Source of the DNA: Podarcis pityusensis
Lineage: Eukaryota
Assembly (NCBI GenBank): GCA_964106645.2
Contig: OZ067048.1
Reading direction: 5' to 3' (one strand)
DNA length: 64,000 nt
The position numbers were made by a program, and so were the translations under genes. Shown piece by piece: positions 11,561-25,900 of this stretch (position 1 is its first letter; the number at the start of each line of letters is the position of its first letter). The notes below the pieces were generated by a model. That model ran no database searches. It was not told where the DNA came from and saw nothing but the letters and a program-made list of their open reading frames with translations.

Positions 11561-14500
11561 CTCTTTCTCCGTAGTCTTAGGGTCACATTAGACATAATTT
11601 AGAAGTATACTGCAAATAGCCTATGCATACCTTGCATGTTAGGGGATATGTTGTAGGTTTCATAGAATAGCAATTTTAAACGTCCACTGAAGCATTTTGA
11701 TTCACATAGCAAGCTGGCTGTTGCCTTCATTCCTGTTGTTCAGTGCCACTACATTCCAACAGTTGTTTGAAAATTCAGGGATCCTGGTAATACTAGGGTT
11801 ATGATAAGGCTAGAGGATACAGATTAGTCCTCTACATATTGTTAAGTATTACCATACGGTTAGCAGTTCTATTAAAATGTCCACTTACACATTAAATGTT
11901 TAATATGTCAAAAATGTGTGTTCACTAACACATGCATGATATGGTCACACATAACAGGGATCTGAGGTTCATTGCTGTAGTGTAAAGCAGGCATTTGCCC
12001 TCATGTAGCTCTAAAACGATCTTCAGTCTGATAATAACAGGTAGTAAGGCAGACATAACATACAGCTGCATAGAGCACGTCTGAACTAATGACTCAGTCC
12101 AGTAAAACTTGTTTTGTGTAAAATAAAAAGATGGACTTATTCTAAAACAAATCCACTCCTTCATAAAGACTCCACACAGACGGCTGAACACATATGCAAA
12201 GATACCGTGAGCATGCAGTGGGCCTCTTCACCTAATAGGATACGTATGGCTTAGGTCTGGTCAGTAGCACACTTGAAAGCAAACATCATGTGGGCTGCTG
12301 TCAGACTCATGCAGTGAGTATACCGTTGCATGAACCAGAGTCTTCACATGAAGGCTGTCCACACAGCTGCTATGATATGTGATTGTGGTGCATCCAAAAG
12401 GGCTGCCATGATTATGCAAATAAAGGAGGCATAAGGACAGCCTTCATATCAAGGCACCAGTCCATACAATTGGTGCTTTTTTTGAGCTTTGTTGAGCTTT
12501 AACGTAACAGTGCTCTCTGCTTGTGTTGAGGCTGTCAATGTGAATCAAGAATTTACCTGGCACTCAGGCCCACTGATCTTATTAGGCTTACTTCTGAGTA
12601 GACATATTTTACTGTTCATTGCTTAACAAGGGAGAATATTTGTACCTACTGGTGTTGTTTTCTTACCACTGCAGTACTCTAATAGGAGAACAGGCATCTG
12701 ACACACTTCTCCTTTCTATGTTAAAAGCACAGAGTATTGTGAATTGAAAGTATTGTGAATCTGTCAAGCCTCATTGCAGCAGCTGGTTTTAAAGCTGTTC
12801 TGTTTTCAAACACAATATTTATTTTTTGTAAGCATCTTATAGCTTAATAAATCCACATGGATCATTTATTCTTAGAATTGAATTAAACGACAACTGGTGT
12901 CCCAAGTTCATGTTAGGTACATTTAAACAAGATAATATCTTATTTGCAAAGTCCACTAATCAAATGAAATTATGCAAGGCACCAGAGAAACAGCCAAAAC
13001 AACCACCTGAGCATTAACCCAACAATTCCTTGAGACATGCACACAGCAGGGTTTGGGACAGGGGTGGGGGTGGGGACAGGACAAACAGCATGATGTATAA
13101 AATGGACATTAGAAAAGATGATGCCATGGAATCATACATTGTGCTGTAGAGTCGAAGAGGAATTCATTTAAAGATAAATGCAATGATTAATACTAAGGTC
13201 ATAAGTAATTGACAGATCAAGGACAGACCTGAGAAACCATATAAATACATACATTTGAAAAGAAAATGCACCTCTTTTATTCCAAGCAAGGATTGAAATT
13301 TAAGAGGAGGATTTTCATTGAAACTAATGTCATTGTGAATAACAAGGCTACTCAGGGAATATATTGTTTTCTGCAGAGTTAAAAAGGGCAAGTCTGCAGC
13401 CCTACATAATTGAGATGTGTGTGGGAGAATGTTATGGGTATGTTCACATCTAGGCTAATTCTAGATCAACATCAAAACCTCAATTTCTGTAGTGCTTTTA
13501 CACAGTTTTATACCAATCTTTCTACTCCTCTTTTGCCTACTCTTATTTTTCATGGCATGCACACCATTACAAGGCAAAATAGTGTGTTAATCCCATGTCA
13601 CTTTGATTTGTTTTCCCACATGGTTATCAGATTCAACCTGTGCCTTAAAATTCTACAATGAAGCTAAACATGAGATGGATGTAGCTTCTATTTCTTGCCA
13701 CATTTACGGATGGATGGATGACAGGCCTGGGGGAAGTAGAGACAAGAGTAGCCATGGCCATCTTGTCCCTTGAAGCACTGGATCTTTTAAAAATACCAGG
13801 TAACATGCTTTTTACAGGGGATTCTTCTCTGTTTGGCTTTCCCCTCTTTCATTTCCACACAAATAGCAGTACCCCCATTTTGCAACTCCCATAATCCACG
13901 TAATTGCCATGCATGTTTCTACCACTAACAGCAGCAAGGAAACACCAGCCAAAAATACCGAGCAGAAAATTGTGTGAATGGTAGAGGGAGAATGAAACAG
14001 CTGCCTCAGGAAGCAAATGCTGGGAGCCAGGCAGTAGCAAGACAGAGCTGTATGTGCCATTTGGCTGGCTCTGTGCCCTCCCAGCTAGCCTGCTGCCCTC
14101 AGATGCTGTGTCCCATTGCCAGGGTAGATGTAAAACTAGCAGATTAATCTGGTCAGTTTCTGTACACAAAATTGAGGTGGGTGAGGGTGGTACCTTCTCC
14201 TTCAACTAAGGCAGCAAAATATCTTGGGCTGATCCTGACCCCACAGGTACACCAAAATCACAGATAATGTATAATCCACATTTATTTGAATGATCATTTC
14301 CTTTTATGTTGTGCTATTGTGGAAAATTTAGTAACCCTAACAAACAATACATTCATCTGAATTTCATAAGAGAAATTTAAACTTAAATTATTTTCTTTTT
14401 GACTATGTCTCAGCAGTCCAAGCAAATATATTATCCTTAAGTTTTTATTGCACAGCAAATATTGATCTAGGTTTTCCACGTAACGTGCATTAAATAGTCA

Positions 14501-14659
14501 AAACTATGAGGCTACAGGAATTTTCCATACTTCACTGCAAAATACCAGGAAGGCATATATTTCAGTTTTAAGACCAAAACAACTTGAGTAGAAAGTAAGT
14601 TGTGGAACATGGATCATTTTGGCAAAAACCAAAAGGGGAGTAAGTTAGTGGTCATGGGA

Positions 14660-14925
14660 TAAGAAGGCAGGTCCTCTAATGGATCAGTAACTATTTGAAG
14701 AACCCAAGAGAGTAGGAAATGGACAGTTGTCACAATGAAAGGATGTAACAGTGGGGTTCCCAAGATCCTGCACTGGACCAGTGCTTTTAAATTTGTTCAT
14801 ACATTAACTGCAATTACAGGTGAGCAGTGAGGGGGCCAAGTCTGTTGTGACACCAAATTGTTCAGAGTGGTAAAACCATAAACTGGATGAATGAGCATTA
14901 AAATGGCAAATGTGTTTCAATTTAA
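14660..14925 (+). mobile_element. Degraded CR1 LINE RT fragment
   Basis: agtggggttcccaagatcctgcactggaccagtgctttt...gccaagtctgttgtgacaccaaattgttc are decayed GVPQGSVLGPVLF and AKFADDTKLF motifs. Confidence 0.75.
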
Positions 14926-17900
14926 AGGGATGTTAAATACTAAAATACAATTTAGCATTATGCTCACGAGCCTTGAACTCATGTGCTCCCTTCTCCGCTC
15001 TGAAGTGGCTGTGAGGAGATCTGAAGTTTTCACTTCCATTTTTAATTAGCAGCTGCTTAGCAAACTTCAAACTCTGCTTAATATTAACTATGTTTTATTG
15101 AATTCAAGCTGGGGCTGCAAAGGAGGATATGAAGAATTGGGAGTGCACTCCCACTTCTTCCTTTGATGTTGAATCACCTGACATCAGATGATTGGCAGAT
15201 AGGCAGTCCCACACATCTGGCTCTAAACCACAAGCCAAATACAGTTCCCCATCTCTGCACTAAACAATAGTTTAGAATTATGTCCAGAAGCAGCCAATAT
15301 GTACAAAATCTATACACCCCAATTACACAGTACTGCTTTTTTAGCTGGAGTGGAAGGGAGGATAACTTCATTGTTGCACCAAACAAATTTATACTGATGC
15401 AGTGAATATTGACCCTCTGCTTATTAGAGTGATCTTTGGTGGTCTCTGCTAATGAACATTGCTGGAAAAGGCAGACAATGGTTATCTAGTCTACGATTTT
15501 ATGGATAGTGATCATTGCTACGGGTCAAGTACACCAATAGTGCAATCATAAAGTTAATAACCTCTGCCTTAAGAGCTTTACATGAGAGTGTCTCAGAAGA
15601 ACATTGCTTCTTTTAACACACAGCCTTTTGAGATACATTATTTATAATTTATAGCCAATCTGAAGCAGAAAGATTTTCCCATGCAAGTTATAGTAATCAA
15701 TACAACTCTGTGCCTATTATAATCCAATGAGTCAAAGAAAGAGAAAAAGCTAGATAAAAGCTGCAGCTCTGCAAATGAATCAGTAGTTTACATTAGATGT
15801 GCAAAAAATGTACTGTAAAAGCATATTGGAGAAAATGCTTTCAATACTGTAATTCCACAGCTGAATGTCAGACTGGAAATGAACTATATATATATTCAAG
15901 CTATAAGTGTGTTATTTTATTTCACATGTATCACAGTCCACCCTTATTTTTTCTAACTTAAAACATAAAAAAATGGTTCACAGTGGCCTAATGCTTGTAG
16001 TTCAAAGTAAACTCAAAAAGTCTTTCAGATATGAGTTTTGTCAAACAGGGCTAACATGGAAATTAGCACATGCGGCTGAAAGCATTCATTGTATTAATTA
16101 GTAATCAATCCATTCATTAATCACAGTTTTAAAATGAGAATTATTTAACTGAAGCTGTACTTGGTGAAAGGATGTTTTGTTCTGATGGCATTGTTGTACA
16201 CAATCTGTTTGCAACTCTTGAATCAAACAATGTGTTTAAATTGTGTTCTAAATGAAACATTCTTTATCAGTCAAAAGAAACTAATATTTTAATTGCATGC
16301 TAGCAGCTGTGGGTTTCGTTAAGAGCTTTGATGAAAAGTCTACAAGGTGAATGAAACTAGATGTACTTAATGAAGTTACCCATTTTCTGGCATCTTGAAT
16401 CTTCAGATGAGAGTATATAGAAACAAAATAATCCAGAGACTCCTGATAAAGTCCTTAGGGTGGAGTCCATAATACACTGGCATCACAACAGTCCCATTAG
16501 CATTAAAGGAATGGCCCTAGAATGACAGCCACCTGTGGGGGGGGTCTCTTTTCTACTTTCAGCAGAAGCAAAAATTCCACGCATGAGATTTGGGAAGAAA
16601 GACAGATATTACAGAATAACATTAATTATTTCAAAATAATGTGCTGTGATCTCCATCATACAGAAAATCACTGAGTTATCCTACTTGAGCTGTGTTGTTT
16701 GAAACCAAACAACATCTTAAAATCTGCTGGTGAGTATGTCACACTGCAAGACAATTGGGCAACATTTGTCTGTTTTTTTGTATCTGCTTGTAATAGTTGT
16801 TACTAGAATCTAAAGAAAGACTAATCCTATTCCTTTCAGGTGAAGTGGAATAACAAGGGGCATATAACATATGTGTGTGTTAATTCTCAAAAGTAAGTCT
16901 CCTTGTTGTGCAGAGATGTTTAAACGTTTTTACAACTTATCATATCGAAACCATACCTATAATTACAAGTCCCAGGTTTTGTTTACAATAAAAATCAAGA
17001 TGTTGTAATGGAAAAGTTATCAGCTAAGAATTGGTGAACAGCAATTCTATGTCATCATCTATAAAATATGTAAGTTACAATGCCAAAACACCAATGAACA
17101 AACACCAAGGAAAAGTAGTTATAAAAACAAGTAGCATCAGGGAGAAATAGTTCTGTTTAGCATATAGTTCTACCTCTACTGCCTCTATGCCTAATAATTG
17201 TTGGCCCATGGGGTTTTGTTGTTGCTCTGTTTAACAAGTCCTAGACATTTTGTATAAATAAGTTTTTGTGTTATGTTTTAGAGACAGACTTAGTCTGAGG
17301 AACATGCTGCCATGGAAACAGAATAATGTCTGGAGGGGCCAAATGCAAAACATAGTTTAAATTTCAGTCAGTATCAATCACTGATATTATAAAGGAAATA
17401 TGGCACCTTTGTTAGCATGGCCCTTTCCTTTGGCAGGTGCTGAGTCTATAATGTAAACATGCAATAGTATAAGATAATTTTAAACATTATAACGATAATG
17501 TGCTAAATTAGGAGCATTTGGTTTTCTAATTAACATTTTCAAATGTCTGAAACAACCCTACGCCTAATAGCAGGATCAAAGAGTTCCCATTTATCTTTGG
17601 AAAGCATTCTACATTAGGGTTTTTTTTGCTGCTGTTGCCAAAATGACTAAGATGCTTTGCACTGATAACTCTTAGTGATATGATAGTGACTATTTTTGGT
17701 AGTCCACTGAGTGTTTGATAACTGAACATTAAAAATAGGATATGCCATATGTTCTGGTTTAGTTGTTACTCAGCCTACATTTAATAAAGATACTCTGAAA
17801 ATTAGACTTTTTCTTAATGTGGATCATTATTTGAACTCACAAGTCATACATGTGCCATATATCAACATGTTTCAAAATAGGCACCAACTACCTCTGTAAA

Positions 17901-19042
17901 CCTACATCCTCCCAGTAAACCCTGATGCATGTTTCTAAATAATATGCATTGAAAAGGGTAATTTTGATCACCATGATGGTAAAATTGTAGCTTTGCAGTC
18001 TGTATTTCAGACAGACTAGATCTTTAGTGAAACTGGTATCATGGCAATGGTTGAAACTACCTGGAAGTTGGTGCATTACACATTTTATTCCCAGAGACAG
18101 TCCAGGGTTTGGGGTGCCTTGGGCAATCTGGAGAGCTCCCTTTTCTGTTGGTGGGTCATGGCAGCTTACATGGCTGGAGCAATCAAAGCAGCATCATTAC
18201 AATTTCTCTTAATGCCCCAGAACGCTACTACTTCAGGGGCATTGTGGGAAATTCAAATTGCAAAGGAAAGGGGATCTAGGGCAGATGTTAATAGTGGGGC
18301 TTAAAGGCGTGCTTGGGCCCTGGCAGCTGTCCAAGGGTGTCAGGTGCCAACACTGGTCCTGGGTAGATGTGTGACCATTCCCTCTGGAAAAGCAAGAGAA
18401 AACTCATATAGGTTCAGGAGGGCTGAAGTCTTACGAATCTTAAATATAAAGGGAGTCTTTTAATTCTAAAAAAAAAAGTTCAAGGAAATGTTTAAATAGA
18501 AGATACTGAAATCACCTCAAAGTTCAGTGTGTTTCAGATGAAACAATTAAATTAGCTTGCAGTAGTGACTGTACAATTTACACTGGCTAGAATATATATT
18601 TGATTTCTCTGCTACATTATAACCTGTATTAACAGTATTCACAAATATCAGAAATAGCATAAGAGGATCAAATAGGTGTTTTAAAAAAATGTTATTTATT
18701 AAAGTTTTATTCTATGGCTTATGCTGTTTGTAAATTGTAAGAATGCTCTTCAGTGACAGCAATTACAGGTGAAACTCGGAAAATTAGAATATCATGGAAA
18801 AGTTCATTTATTTCAGTAATTCAACTTAAAAGGTGAAACTAATATATGAGATAGACTCATGACATGCAAAGCGAGATATGTCAAGCCTTTATTTATTATA
18901 ATTGTAATGATTATGGCGTACAGCTGATGAAAACCCCAAATTAACAATCCCAGAAAATTAAAATATTAAATGAAATCAGCAAAACAAGGATTGCAAATAG
19001 AGCAATATTGGACCTCTGAGAAGTAGAAGCATGCATATGTAC

Positions 19043-20301
19043 TCAATACTTGGTTTGCATCAATTACTACCTCAACGCGGACTTGTAATCTGGGGAACCA
19101 GGTTCGTGTCTCCGCTCCTCCACATGCAGCTGCTAGGTGACCTTGGGCCAGTCACACTTCTTTGAAGTCTCTCAGCCCCACTCACCTCACAGAGTGTTTG
19201 TTGTGGGGGAGGAAGGGAAAGGAGAATGTTAGCCGCTTTGAGACTCCTTCGGGTAGTGATAAAGCGGGATATCAAATCCAAACTCTTCTTCTTCTTCTTC
19301 TTCTTCTTCTTCTTCTTCTTCTTCTTCTATCAGCCTGTGATACTGCTGAGGTGTTGTGGAAGACCAGGATGCTTCAATAGCAGCCTTCAGCTCTTCTGCA
19401 TTGCTCAGTCTCATGTCTCCCATCTTTCTCTTGGCAATGCCCCATAGATTCTTTATGGGGTTCAGGTCAGGCGAGTTTGCTGGCCAATCAAGCACAGTAA
19501 TCCCATGGGCATTGAACCAGGTTTTGGTACTTTTGGCAGTCTGGGCAGGTGCCAAGTCCTGCTGGAAAATGAAGTCAGCATCTCCATAAAGCTCGTCTGC
19601 GGAAGGAAGCATGAAGTACTCCAAAATCTCCTGGTAGACGGCTGCGTTGACCCTGGACTTAATGGAGCACAGTGGACCAACACCAGCTGATGACATGGCT
19701 CCCCAAATAAACACAAACTGTGGAAACTTCACACTGGACTTCAAGCATCTGGCATTGTGTGTCTCCCCATTCTTCCTCCAGACTCTGGGTCCTTGGTTTC
19801 CAAATGAGATGCAAAAGTTGCTCTCATCAGAAAAGAGGACTGGGACCACAGAGAAACAGACCAGTTCTTTTTTTCTTTAGCCCAGCTAAGACACTTCTGA
19901 CGTTGTTTCTTGTTCAGGAGCGGCTTGACAAGAGGAATACATTTGAAGCCCATCTCTAGGATCCGTCTGTGTGTGGTGGCTCTTGATGCACTACCTCCAG
20001 CCTCAGTCCACTCCTTGTGAAAGTCCCCAACACGTTTGAATGGTCTTTTCCTGACAATCCTCTCCAGGCTGCGGTCATCCCTGCTGCTTGTGCACCTTTT
20101 TCTTCCACACTTTTCCCTTCCACATAACTTTCCATTAATGTGCTTCGATACAGCACTTTGGGAACATCCAGCTTCTTCTGCAATTACCTTTTGAGGCTTT
20201 CCCTCCTTATGGAGGGTCTCAATGATGGCTTTCTGCACAACTGTCAGGTCAGCAGCCTTCCCAATGATTGTGCTTCCTACTGAATCAGACTGAGAGACCA
20301 T
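19043..20301 (-). pseudogene. Tc1 DD34E transposase pseudogene
   Basis: The N-terminal HTH (GKAADLTVVQKAIIETLHKEG...GRKR) is in ORF 19741-20301. The catalytic domain (VLFSDES, FQQDLAP, SPDLNPIK; 34 residues between the second D and the E position, which is now K) is in ORF 19229-19849. There is a 1-nt frameshift near 19841, a SINE in the C-terminus, and a residual TKY* with the stop at 19043-19045. Confidence 0.93.
19079..19326 (+). mobile_element. 5'-truncated MIR/CORE-type tRNA-derived SINE with (CTT)n tail (Squam3-like), nested in the Tc1
   Basis: B-box-like GGTTCGTGTCTCC; CORE-like GTGACCTTGGGCCAGTCAC; (CTT)n tail; near-identical second copy at 60210-60367. Confidence 0.85.
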
Positions 20302-22699
20302 TTAAAGGCTCAGGAACCCATTGCAGGTGTTATGGATTGAATAGCTACTGCACCTTTTCACAATATTCACAATTTTCGAGTTTCACCTGTACTGTAAGGT
20401 TAGCACAGTCTATTTCTTTTTAGAGTACATAGTACACCTGCAATATAACAGGGCTGTAATTTTCATGCTACTGGTTTCAGGAGTCAAAAGTGCTTCTTTA
20501 GAGCAGTAAAACAGAAAATGTGGCCTATAAATAACTTATATTTGAGTTTAGTTATTATGGTAAATAAGATTATTATACTCATAAACAAATCTGCTTGTTA
20601 CCTATGGCATTTTTATTTTGTCATATAATTATTTCATGTACATCTCTTCACAGATGTATAAACTATATTTTCAGGAAAATTGCCACAAAGCGTTGTTAAT
20701 ATGCTGAAAAGTGGTATATTTGTGTATTAGGTACTATAATAATAGATATGAAACATATTTGTATTCATAGATAGCTGCCAAATACCATTTTGTTACAGTA
20801 CAAACAGGTTGATATTATTAAAATGAAATAGCTCATGACTTATCTGTTTTTCAAATTCAAAGATGTTTGGATCTAAACAGCTACTTGGGATAGCGTTTTG
20901 TAAGGGGCTTGTGATAGCTGAATAAAATTGTAAAGTTTTTTTCCTTTGACACCTGACACCCCCTTCATATCCTATCACAAGCTGCTTTTGATTCTTCCCT
21001 CAGTTTCAAAAGCGGTTTGCCAGAAAACATGAGAAAATGCTGTTCAAGGAACAGGAATCTAATGTTTCTCTGGGCTCATAGAACTAGTTTCATGGTTCTT
21101 GGATGCTTGTCACAGTTCAAAAAGTGTGACAATGCCTACTTCAGTGTTAATGGATACACAGCTATGGATTTCAACAGCCTTCTATAAATTCAATTAAATC
21201 AAGCTGTATTTCTATTTAACAAATCGTTTCCATTGTTTTCTAGTTTCATATCTGTCCATCATGACTACTGTTAATCGGGTATTGGCAGTAAAGTAAATCT
21301 AAAACCTACACAAGGATAGAGAAAGTTTATTGAAGGTAGTGTTCCTCTAAAATCCTAAGAAGGTATAGAGTCCATTAAGTTAGAAATCTGAAGGGGGGCG
21401 GGAATTCTTTCTAAACTTCTATTGGCAGAATCTTATGGTTAAAGTAAGAATCTCCCTCACCAAAACACGATGTTAATTTTGAGGTGTAAAAAATAAACCA
21501 AGGAGGTAGCTGAAGTAGAAAAAGCAATACTAATGAGTGGCTTCAACTGTTTAAAAAATGAGTGCATAAATTGTAAATTCATATGTTATTTCTGGATATA
21601 ATAAATGATGTTTTATGACATTTTGGTAATAAGGACCACCAAGAGCAGAAGTGATTCTTGATTTAAACCTAAGCGGTACACAAGATCAGCTGCAAATGTG
21701 CTTTCACAATCATACATATATGAGCGGAATATATTCCTTCATCAATATTCAGGAGGGGAAGTTTCTCAAAAATGAAGGTACTGAAGGTTGAAATATCATT
21801 ACGAAGCTTGTAGTTTATATAAAACAACTATAATATAGATTCAATAGCAATCTATAGGACTCAAAAGCGCCAAAGAATGCTCATAGACAAAATGCAAATT
21901 AAGGAAGTTATGAAAGGCAAGAGGAATTATTTTTAAATTGTGCTCACATGAGGAAATTGAAAAAGAGCACAAACTGGGAAACAAAAAGCACAAATTCACT
22001 ATAAGAAAAGGCAAAAATATAAATATAAAAATCAATAACAAATGTTTATTTACATTCAGTAGATGCTGGAAGTGAGCCAGAAGAACAGTAGCCCAGTTTA
22101 CATGCAACACTAAACCATGGTTTAGCACTAAGTGGACAAGACTCTGTGAGCTGAATGAAGCTTCGGGTTTGCATGCTTTTCCTTTCCCTCTGCTCCTCTA
22201 ATGTACCTGGGAGGACTTCTGCCAAGTTTAGTTTTTCTTCCAAAGACCCTTGGTTCCACTTTCTTTGCCCAATGTAGTAGTTCCAGACAGGTATTTATTG
22301 TGGAACTTTATTTATTGATTTAATTTATTTATTGCGTGTAAATTTGCTACAGTTCACATGAAGTCATCCCCTCCCCCAGAACATTTTTCATGGAAAATTT
22401 CACAGGTTGTTTTTTAAAAAACCTGTTGCAAAATATGTGTTTGTGATATTACACTCCCATTTGAAAGCACAATGGCACTGAAGGCATTTTATTCATAATA
22501 AACATCTGTATCGTGCATGGCTCTAACTTGGCTGCAGCCAACTACATAAAGATCTTGAAGTGAAAAGGCTTACTGGAAATCATTTGTCCAGGAAGAGAAA
22601 ACATTTACAAAAGAATTGAAAAGAAAACTGTAAATATAATGCCAATATGTAAACTTACATTGCAGCCACAGGCAAGTCCAGTTTAGTTTGTGTTGGGGG

Positions 22700-22985
22700 T
22701 GGAGAAGATGTCTAAGGGGAACACTACAGAAATCAATAACTTTATGAACAACGTGGAGTAAGTGACTAGATTATCTCTATTTCACAATATAGTACTGAAT
22801 CTTGGGCTATCCAATAAAACGGATGGGCTGTAGTAGACTAAAATAGATATTTCTTTACACAATATATAAAAGTAATGGAATTCACTGCACATTGGGGAAA
22901 TGGCCCTCACTTAGATGGCTATGAAAAGGATTAGACAAATTCATGAAAGATAAATCTATCAACTGTTATTAGTTAAGAGTGCTAA
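22700..22985 (+). mobile_element. Old CR1 3' fragment
   Basis: tttctttacacaa...tggaattcactgc...ttagatggctatgaaaaggattagacaaattcatg...tctatcaa, typical of the CR1 ORF2 end. Confidence 0.65.
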
Positions 22986-25900
22986 GTGGGTCCTCGATGT
23001 CCAGAAGTAGTATATCACCCATCACAAAAAAGGAATAAAACAGGGCTATCACTCTCATGTCCTATTTGTTACCTTTCTACTATTGGAAGCAGAATTCAAA
23101 ACTAGAACTTTGTCCAATTCAGCAAGGCAAATTTTTTTATAGTGGTGCCAAACATTGTAATATCATAGTTGAGCTTTCATTGTGTGTGAAAAGAGATGAA
23201 TAATTTCCACTGATTAAAAAATGATGGTTCAATAACCACCTGTGGATTCCCTGATAATTACCAGGGAGTGACAGGGACTAAACAACTGCACAGCCTGACA
23301 CTGACACTGGTGCCTGGAGTTTTTATGCCAATGGATGGGTTTGACGTCAATGAATGTGTGATGGATTTCCTTTGTCACACCATTTGGAAATCTTTTAACT
23401 GAATTAATTTATATATATATATATAGGGGGCAGGATATTATACTCCTCCTTTGATTATACCACATCAGAATGCAGGTAGGGGAATCACATGTCTCTGTGC
23501 TAGATTACAAACATTCTCTCTGACATGTTAGCTTTCCAGAGCCTGGAAGTTTTTGACACAGCATTCTGAAGTGGTGGTGTATCAGGAGAACTGTACTATA
23601 TGCTTTTTCTGGGTAGCTCATATGAAGATTTGCATGATAAACCGGGTTACATGTTTCAGGGAAGGTCTGGAAAGTTGCTGCACAGAAGTGGCTCCCACAC
23701 AGATATGTACACCTACTATATTTTGCACACAAGTACCCGGGAACATACTCTACTTAAATCCATATAATCATATGTGACCCTCCTTACATTCCTCATTGAG
23801 ATAGTTTCTGCTCTGTTAGCTTATGGGCATATTTATGTAATCACATAAGACTGTACAGCATTTTACAAAAAGCAGAAACAAGATTAGTTATCTAAATAAT
23901 CTGCAACAGCAATCATAATGGTATTATTCATATCTGTCACAATACTTCTCATGAATCACTGATTTCAGTGCTTTCATTCATCTGCATTTTGGACTATACC
24001 ATATAAGATGTATTCTAAATGCCAGGGCAAGTATGACACCATAAATATTTAGTTCTGCAGAATTTTCTCTTCCTGCACCAGTGGCTGTGTTGAGGCCTTT
24101 CTGAAGAACCAAGTGATCTTCCTTCTCAGTGAGTTTCACACCCACCTCCTTCCTTCTGCCAAACGGGAAACATTCAAGAAATAAGGTTTTCAATCTCACA
24201 TAGTGTGGCATTTTTCTTCTAGAGAAACTAGTTAGGCATTTAAAATGCCCAAATAACAAAGTATCAAGGGAAGGAAATCAATGTCAAACTATCAACACTA
24301 ATATAATTTCAAAGGGCAACTTTAAAAATAAAGCAAGCAAAACAGTTAAGTATGTGAATGCTAATAATGCAGCCAATATAAAATATCACTAGTAAGAAGG
24401 GCAAGAAAATGATTAGGAAGGAAAAAATAAAACTAATGTGAAACGATTTTGTCATTCTGGATAATTTTTTTTTCTTTTCATGATAACATTACAAATAAAT
24501 GCAGATATGTTAATAATGCTCTTTCCAGCTATGACCTTGGGTACCAGCCATTCAATGGCAGGTTGGTCCCAAATGTCTGAATTGAAGCTGACCTGATGGA
24601 TCAAATCCTGTGGGTCTTGAATTTCCATTTCAAAAGCTTAGTATCCTATCTCATTTATGATCAACCTCCTGTAACTAAGAGACAGTTGTAGCTTAACAAC
24701 TTTACTTTAGTAAGGATAACTGGGGCTCTGAGAACTGCATTATAAAATGTACTTACAACACAGCTGCTAATAGGCCTTAATGATTCTTGATTATGTTTCA
24801 ATGAAAGGCAACCAAGTAACAGGCTACTGATCTTGTAGATCAAACAACTTTTCTGCAGCCTCACATAGACTGCAGCTGCTACCTACTTCTTATGCCAGTG
24901 CAAACATCACCGCAGAATATACAATTGTGCAATAAATATCTTAGCATATTTAAGGCAGTTCCCCATGATTCAATAGTCACATTAGCAACTATACATATAA
25001 GGAAGACAAAAATTTTGAAGACACTGCAATGAAACTGCTTTCTATTATTGGTAGAGGGTGATATGGTAGGTGGATAATAAAGTAAAGAAACATTGTGATA
25101 TTAACAAACAGATATTCTTAAACAGATCTGTATGAATCTTTATATATTTCTCATTAAGAAAGGTACTTCTTATAGTAGTCATGCTGTGGATTTTGTTCTA
25201 ACATTCTAATAGAATCCTGCTTGCAGAATTTTATTTTAACTCTGTAAACTGCAAGTAAATAATGATAAGACATCCTAGCCTGTCTGATAATCTTTGACAA
25301 CAATTCTAACAGTGCCATTGTGGCCACTGGAGAAACCTGCATGTACTAAACCCTGACCCACAGAGCCTTTTATCTGCATGTGTACTCTCCACAGGCCAAG
25401 CAAATAAAGGCCAACTGATAATTTACACATGAATGAACTTTCTCTGCAGAGTAGGCACCAGAGACATTTCTTTTCTCTGTTATTGAGAGAAAAGCAGCCA
25501 GGTCTGAGCTTGTCTCACCAGAAATCATACAAGTGAAACAGTGATATGTCCGAAAATGGCAGATCAGCAAAGGAAAGCTGTTCTGAATGCCTGATAAAAA
25601 ATGGCAGCCACAAAGGACTAGAAGAATATTTAGCTTGAAACAGGTCTGACAATAACAATGGGTCTTTATCCTATTCCAAACAGGTAGTGCCTTACAAACT
25701 GAAATGGAGATACAATCCTGATAGAAGATTACACAAGATACCTGAATGGCTATCTTTAAAGAATTTAACCTGCATTTTAATGAAGTGTGAACTCTGGGTT
25801 TCTTGATATCTATCAGCCGCTATCAGTGCATCTAATTCTCCATCCATGGCTTAAATGAAAAGGCATGTGTCACCAAACAGCACCTGGCTATTTATTTGGG

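Larger units (their letters stand above)
18766..20389 (-). mobile_element. Full-length Tc1/mariner (Tc1 family) DNA transposon, inactive
   Basis: TIRs CAGGTGAAACTCG(G)AAAATT at both ends; TA target-site duplication at 18764-18765 and 20390-20391; internal transposase remnants. Confidence 0.95.

Noticed and set aside
19229-19849. 206-aa ORF as a functional or domesticated transposase
   Set aside because: Lacks the DNA-binding domain in frame, the catalytic E is mutated to K, and the poly-Glu derives from a SINE tail.
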